DNA of 64,000 nucleotides from Blastocatellia bacterium NZW_1522 (GTDB lineage Bacteria; Acidobacteriota; Blastocatellia; Chloracidobacteriales; Chloracidobacteriaceae): NCBI GenBank assembly GCA_039793685.1, contig JBDRAL010000032.1, positions 46,193 to 110,192 of the forward strand, read 5' to 3'. Shown piece by piece: positions 60,191 to 64,000 of this stretch (position 1 is its first letter; each line of letters starts with the position of its first letter). The notes under the pieces were generated by a model. It saw only the letters and a program-made list of their open reading frames with translations, ran no database searches and was not told where the DNA came from. The position numbers and the translations under genes were made by a program.

Positions 60191-60831
60191 TCAGATTGAG
60201 TTGAAGCAAGATCGGCGGTTGCCGCCAGAATGATCTCGGCCATCGACGTGCGTTCGAGGCTGCCTTTCGCGTGGCCGACGGTCGCCTTGAGGTGGGCGAT
60301 GTTGGCCGTGACGAGGCGTTCGTTGACGAGGTTCATTTCAAACACGTCGTTGCGGGTGAGCGCGTCGAGATCGTCCTCCGATTCGGAAAAGTTCAACGGA
60401 CAGACGTCGAGCAGCGCTTCCTCGGCTTCCTCGTCAATATAAAGAAGGGGAAATCCGTGCGTCCGGCAGATGACCGGCCGGGCTTCGTAAATCGAGCAGG
60501 CATTGTCGATGAGCGCCGGGCAGGGGATCGCGCGTTCTGGTTCGGGCGGAAATTCGTCCGGCGGCGGGACCTGCCGGGCCGCGAAGTCGGCCTCGCGGGC
60601 GAGCGTCGCGCGGGCGCGCTCGCGAAGTTCCGCCTGCCGCTTTTCGGGAAGCGAGGAAATGAACGCCCGCAGGTTTTCCGCCTCGATTTGAAATACCGAC
60701 AGATGCTGCTGACAACACCCCGTACACCCGAGATGGCAGGTGATTTCCACCGGAAACCGCATCGCCAGCATTTCGCCGAAGCGGTCTAGGTCGGTCAACA
60801 GTTGTCGGTATTCTGAAAGTTGGTCGGACAT
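60187..60831 (-). CDS. YkgJ/UPF0153-type cysteine-cluster protein
   Basis: CHLGCTGCCQQ cluster plus a distal C...C...C. 4-nt overlap with the SDR start. Confidence 0.6.
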   Translation of the reverse strand: MSDQLSEYRQLLTDLDRFGEMLAMRFPVEITCHLGCTGCCQQHLSVFQIEAENLRAFISSLPEKRQAELRERARATLAREADFAARQVPPPDEFPPEPERAIPCPALIDNACSIYEARPVICRTHGFPLLYIDEEAEEALLDVCPLNFSESEDDLDALTRNDVFEMNLVNERLVTANIAHLKATVGHAKGSLERTSMAEIILAATADLASTQSE

Positions 60832-60854
60832 GTGTTTAAACCGCCTCGTAACGG

Positions 60855-61924
60855 CAGCCTGACCGTCAGGGAGGGCTGTCTCCGGGATTATTCAAAGTTG
60901 ATGATGGTGATTTTTTCCTTGTCGGCCACGGCAAACATCGGGCGTGACGGATGGAGGGCAAGTGGCGGTAAAGCGCCGAAACGAAAAGGGAAAATACTTG
61001 ATCGCTGTTCACCGGTTTTTAAATCCGGCCATTCATGGACATCTTTCCCCGTACTGATTTCAAGAAGTCGGGGTGAGCCATAAAAGGCGACAACATGATT
61101 TGCATCAACGGCAAACAATGTTCCGGTCTGTCGGCTAACATTTACCGAATGTATCGGCTTCGCATTGTTCGTTTCGCAGAGAACCAATCGAAACGGTTCG
61201 GGAATTTCTTCCCAATCCGCCCCCAATCCCAAAATGAGTCTGTCTTCGCCAAGAAAAGCGGCTGCCGTGCAATCCCAAAAATAGTCTTCCAGACTCTCTT
61301 CAAATCCAAAGGTATCTCCATCAAGTTTTGTCGGATCGGCAAGCACCTCCTCAAGATTCCAGAGCCGAAGGGAATCCACCGGATGCCAGATCCACCCGGC
61401 ACTGATGAGAAATTTCCCTTTCGGACTGATGGCCAACCTTGAGTGGAAGAAATCGGAGGGGTTCCGTTCAACCGAATCGGTCAGGCGTTTCCCGGATTCA
61501 ACTTCTTCGATATCGATCCGATTGTATTCCTCCGGGCAATGAATCAGAGCTTCCCTGCCGTCAGGCAGAACCGCAAACGCGATCGGGTATTCATACCGAT
61601 CAGCCTGATAGAAGCTACGGTTAAACTCCCTCAGGATGTCTCCATTCTTCAGGAGTAATCCCTTGGTCCCGGTTTTTTCATAGATGGCGGCGTAGGTGCC
61701 TGACTGTGAAATTTTTGCCGAATCGAAGCGATAGGCGTAATTGACGGAGCGTTCAACAATCTTTCCATCCAGAAAAAAACGGTTTCCCCCTCCAACCCAA
61801 TCCACCAGATGATCTTCTTCCCAGCAAAGCGAAAAAACGCCTTGGGCGGGGATTTCTTGTCGCATGAAATTCATTTCTTTCAGGTTCTTTTCTGAACGGA
61901 CAGCCCTTCCTGACGGGCGGGCTG
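60855..61924. mobile_element. Low-GC single-gene cassette bounded by 24-nt imperfect inverted repeats (tentative)
   Basis: L = CAGCCTGACCGTCAGGGAGGGCTG (60855-60878). R = CAGCCCTTCCTGACGGGCGGGCTG (61901-61924). rc(L) matches R at 21/24. Interior lines have 27-28 G+C per 60 nt. Confidence 0.35.
60888..61874 (-). CDS. Hypothetical protein (possibly beta-propeller-like), atypical composition
   Basis: 328-aa ATG ORF at about 46 % GC, against about 62-65 % in neighbours. No catalytic motif recognised. Confidence 0.6.
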   Translation of the reverse strand: MNFMRQEIPAQGVFSLCWEEDHLVDWVGGGNRFFLDGKIVERSVNYAYRFDSAKISQSGTYAAIYEKTGTKGLLLKNGDILREFNRSFYQADRYEYPIAFAVLPDGREALIHCPEEYNRIDIEEVESGKRLTDSVERNPSDFFHSRLAISPKGKFLISAGWIWHPVDSLRLWNLEEVLADPTKLDGDTFGFEESLEDYFWDCTAAAFLGEDRLILGLGADWEEIPEPFRLVLCETNNAKPIHSVNVSRQTGTLFAVDANHVVAFYGSPRLLEISTGKDVHEWPDLKTGEQRSSIFPFRFGALPPLALHPSRPMFAVADKEKITIINFE

Positions 61925-61928
61925 CGGT

Positions 61929-62366
61929 TTATGCCGTTACCAGCCGTTCCAGCGCGGCGCGGATGGAGGGCGGAATTGCCACCGATTTTCGGGTCTGGCG
62001 GTCTACGAAAACGTGGATGAAATAGCCGATGGCGGCGGATTCGACCTCGCCCTGTTTGAAGATGGCAAGTTCGTAACGGACGCTCGCGTTGCCGAGTTTG
62101 GCGACCCGCAGGCCGACTTCGACCGTTTCGGGAAAGGAAATCGACTGGCGAAAACGGCAGTACGACTCGCCCGCCACCCCGATGACCGGGCCGACGGCGA
62201 TGTCGAGGCCGCCCTGTTCAATCAGAAAACGGTTAATGGCGGTGTCGAAAAAGGCGTAGTAAAGCGCGTTGTTGACGTGACCGTAGATGTCGTTGTCCAT
62301 CCAGCGGGTCTGAACCGCCGTGAGATGAGGAAATTCGGCGCGAGTACAATCGGGTTTGAGGTCCAT
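61929..62366 (-). CDS. Acyl-CoA thioesterase (4HBT/YbgC hotdog fold)
   Basis: [31 protein letters not shown]. Confidence 0.8.
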   Translation of the reverse strand: MDLKPDCTRAEFPHLTAVQTRWMDNDIYGHVNNALYYAFFDTAINRFLIEQGGLDIAVGPVIGVAGESYCRFRQSISFPETVEVGLRVAKLGNASVRYELAIFKQGEVESAAIGYFIHVFVDRQTRKSVAIPPSIRAALERLVTA

Positions 62367-62377
62367 AAAGTAAGGTT

Positions 62378-63511
62378 TTAATCGAAAGTGACGATCTGGC
62401 GGACGGCTTCGGCGCGGGCCAGCCGGTCGAAACCCTCGTTGATGTCGTCGAGTTTCAGGGTATGGGTATGAAGTTTATCCACGGGGAGAATACCCGCCCG
62501 ATACATCCCGATGAAGCGCGGAATGTCGCGACGGGGCACGGACGACCCCATGTATGAACCTTTAATCGTCCGTTCCTCGGCGCAGATGCTCGGCGCCGAA
62601 ATTGAAAACTGCTTGCTCGGGTGCGGCAGGCCGATGCTGACGGTCATGCCGCCGCGTCCGGTCGCGTGGTACGCCTGAACCAGCGCGCTTTCGACGCCGA
62701 CGCTTTCGAACACGAAGTCCGCGCCACCCCGCGTGATGTCCCGGATGGCCTCGACCGGGTCGGTTTCGCTCGCGTTGACGACGTGGGTTGCGCCCAAATC
62801 GCGCGCCCGGACGAGTTTTTCATCCACCCGGTCCACGGCAATGATGGGAAAGGCCCCGACGGCCCGCAAACCCATCACCACGCTCAATCCGACGCCGCCC
62901 ATTCCGAACACCGCCGCCGACATTCCCGGCGTGACGTTGGCCGTGTTCACGACCGCGCCGACGCCGGTCATCACCGCGCAGCCGAACAGCGCCGCCGTTT
63001 CGAGCGGCAGATCCGGGTCGAGTTTGACGAGCGATTCGCGCGCGGCCACGGTGAATTTCGAGAATCCCGACACGCCGAGGTGGTGGTGGCATTGCCGATG
63101 GGCGGAATCGGTGAACCGGCACGCGCCGCTCAGGAGCGTCCCGGCGACGTTGGCTTTCGCGCCCGCTTCGCAGAGCGCGCCGCGTCCGGCGACGCAGTAG
63201 CGACACTGACCGCAGACCGGGACGAAGCTGAACACGACGTGATCGCCCGGCGCGAAATCGGTCACGTCCGCGCCGACTTCCCGGACGATTCCGCTCGCTT
63301 CGTGGCCCATCACCATCGGCATCACGCGCGGCCGCGTGCCGTCCATCACGGAAAGGTCGGAATGGCACAGCCCGGCGGCGGCGATTTCCACCAGGACCTC
63401 GCCACGTCCCGGTCCGTCGAGCGTCACTTCGTCAATCACCAGCGGACGGCTCTCCGCGAACGGTCGCGGCTGGCCCATTTCATAGAGAACGGCGGCTTTG
63501 GTTTTCATCAT
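62378..63511 (-). CDS. Zinc-dependent alcohol dehydrogenase
   Basis: [15 protein letters not shown], structural-Zn [23 protein letters not shown]. Confidence 0.88.
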   Translation of the reverse strand: MMKTKAAVLYEMGQPRPFAESRPLVIDEVTLDGPGRGEVLVEIAAAGLCHSDLSVMDGTRPRVMPMVMGHEASGIVREVGADVTDFAPGDHVVFSFVPVCGQCRYCVAGRGALCEAGAKANVAGTLLSGACRFTDSAHRQCHHHLGVSGFSKFTVAARESLVKLDPDLPLETAALFGCAVMTGVGAVVNTANVTPGMSAAVFGMGGVGLSVVMGLRAVGAFPIIAVDRVDEKLVRARDLGATHVVNASETDPVEAIRDITRGGADFVFESVGVESALVQAYHATGRGGMTVSIGLPHPSKQFSISAPSICAEERTIKGSYMGSSVPRRDIPRFIGMYRAGILPVDKLHTHTLKLDDINEGFDRLARAEAVRQIVTFD

Positions 63512-64000
63512 TGTTTTGTATTCAGGCTGCGAAATCGTTCCGCGATGTCGCCGGAGGCCGGGAAAAGCTGGGAAATCAGGGCGACCGAATCGGCCCCGGC
63601 GGCGAAAACGTCGTTCATCGTCGCGCCGGTGATGCCGCCGATGGCGACGAGCGGTTTGGTGGTTTGCGCGCGTACGTCGCGGACACCCTCCAGCCCGACG
63701 ACCGGATCGGGATTTTCCTTCGTGGTGGTGGTGAATACCGGACCGATGGCGATGTAGTCCACGGGAAAATGTTCGGCTTCGATGGCCTGCGCGACCGAAT
63801 GGGTCGAAAAACCGATAATCGCGTCGTTTCCGAGAATCTGGCGGGCGGCGGCTGGCGGGAGGTCGTCCTGTCCGAGGTGGACGCCGTCCGCTCCGGCGGC
63901 GAGCGCGACGTCCACCCGGTCGTTGACGAGGATTTTCACGCCGCGCGGGCGGGCGTACGAAAGGGCCGCCGCCACGGCTTCGTAAAACCCGCGCATGTCA
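63508..64000 (-). CDS. thiE: Thiamine-phosphate synthase; 5' end beyond the window
   Basis: LVNDRVDVALAAGADGVHLGQDDLP...IGFSTHS...DYIAIGPVFTTTTK...LVAIGGI. The reading frame stays open to the window edge. Confidence 0.85.
   Translation of the reverse strand, partial: DMRGFYEAVAAALSYARPRGVKILVNDRVDVALAAGADGVHLGQDDLPPAAARQILGNDAIIGFSTHSVAQAIEAEHFPVDYIAIGPVFTTTTKENPDPVVGLEGVRDVRAQTTKPLVAIGGITGATMNDVFAAGADSVALISQLFPASGDIAERFRSLNTKQ

Overview
64-kb chromosomal window from a high-GC bacterium. Spot counts give about 65 % G+C in native genes. The organism is probably an Acidobacteriota member, inferred from a GWxTD protein, a CarboxypepD_reg-type TonB-dependent receptor and dense FHA/Ser-Thr kinase/PP2C signalling. 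The window is gene-dense, and 5.6-45.4 kb is one uninterrupted minus-strand block. That block holds tig-clpP-clpX-lon-engB-rho-glgA, rpsA, tRNA-Gly(GCC), gatC, rfbB and ndh. No rRNA, CRISPR, transposase or integrase was seen.

Unusual content:
(i) A 4.2-kb low-GC island (1388-5600) carries a DpnII/MboI-type operon: HTH controller, Dam-like methylase and DpnA-like methylase. It has two small PD-(D/E)XK ORFs instead of a canonical endonuclease. Its last stop codon overlaps the aroDE start (TAATG), and it ends in a 17-unit 21-bp tandem array.
(ii) A tightly packed operon at 42.7-45.4 kb encodes mscS, an E1-like enzyme, a membrane Cys-rich protein and an 83-aa beta-grasp protein ending ...RGG-RD. 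No E2, JAB peptidase or sulfur-acceptor partner is visible. This is my top candidate for an undescribed ubiquitin-like system.
(iii) Three intergenic palindromes have arms built from tandem heptamers.
(iv) A low-GC single-gene cassette is bracketed by 24-nt inverted repeats.
(v) Also present: an orphan BMC shell gene next to an acylating aldehyde dehydrogenase, a triple-FHA ABC transporter, and a prepilin peptidase with a large insertion.

All functional calls come from reading the translated ORFs and recalling family motifs. No database search was run. The ORF track uses GTG/TTG starts, so several 5' ends were re-set by hand.
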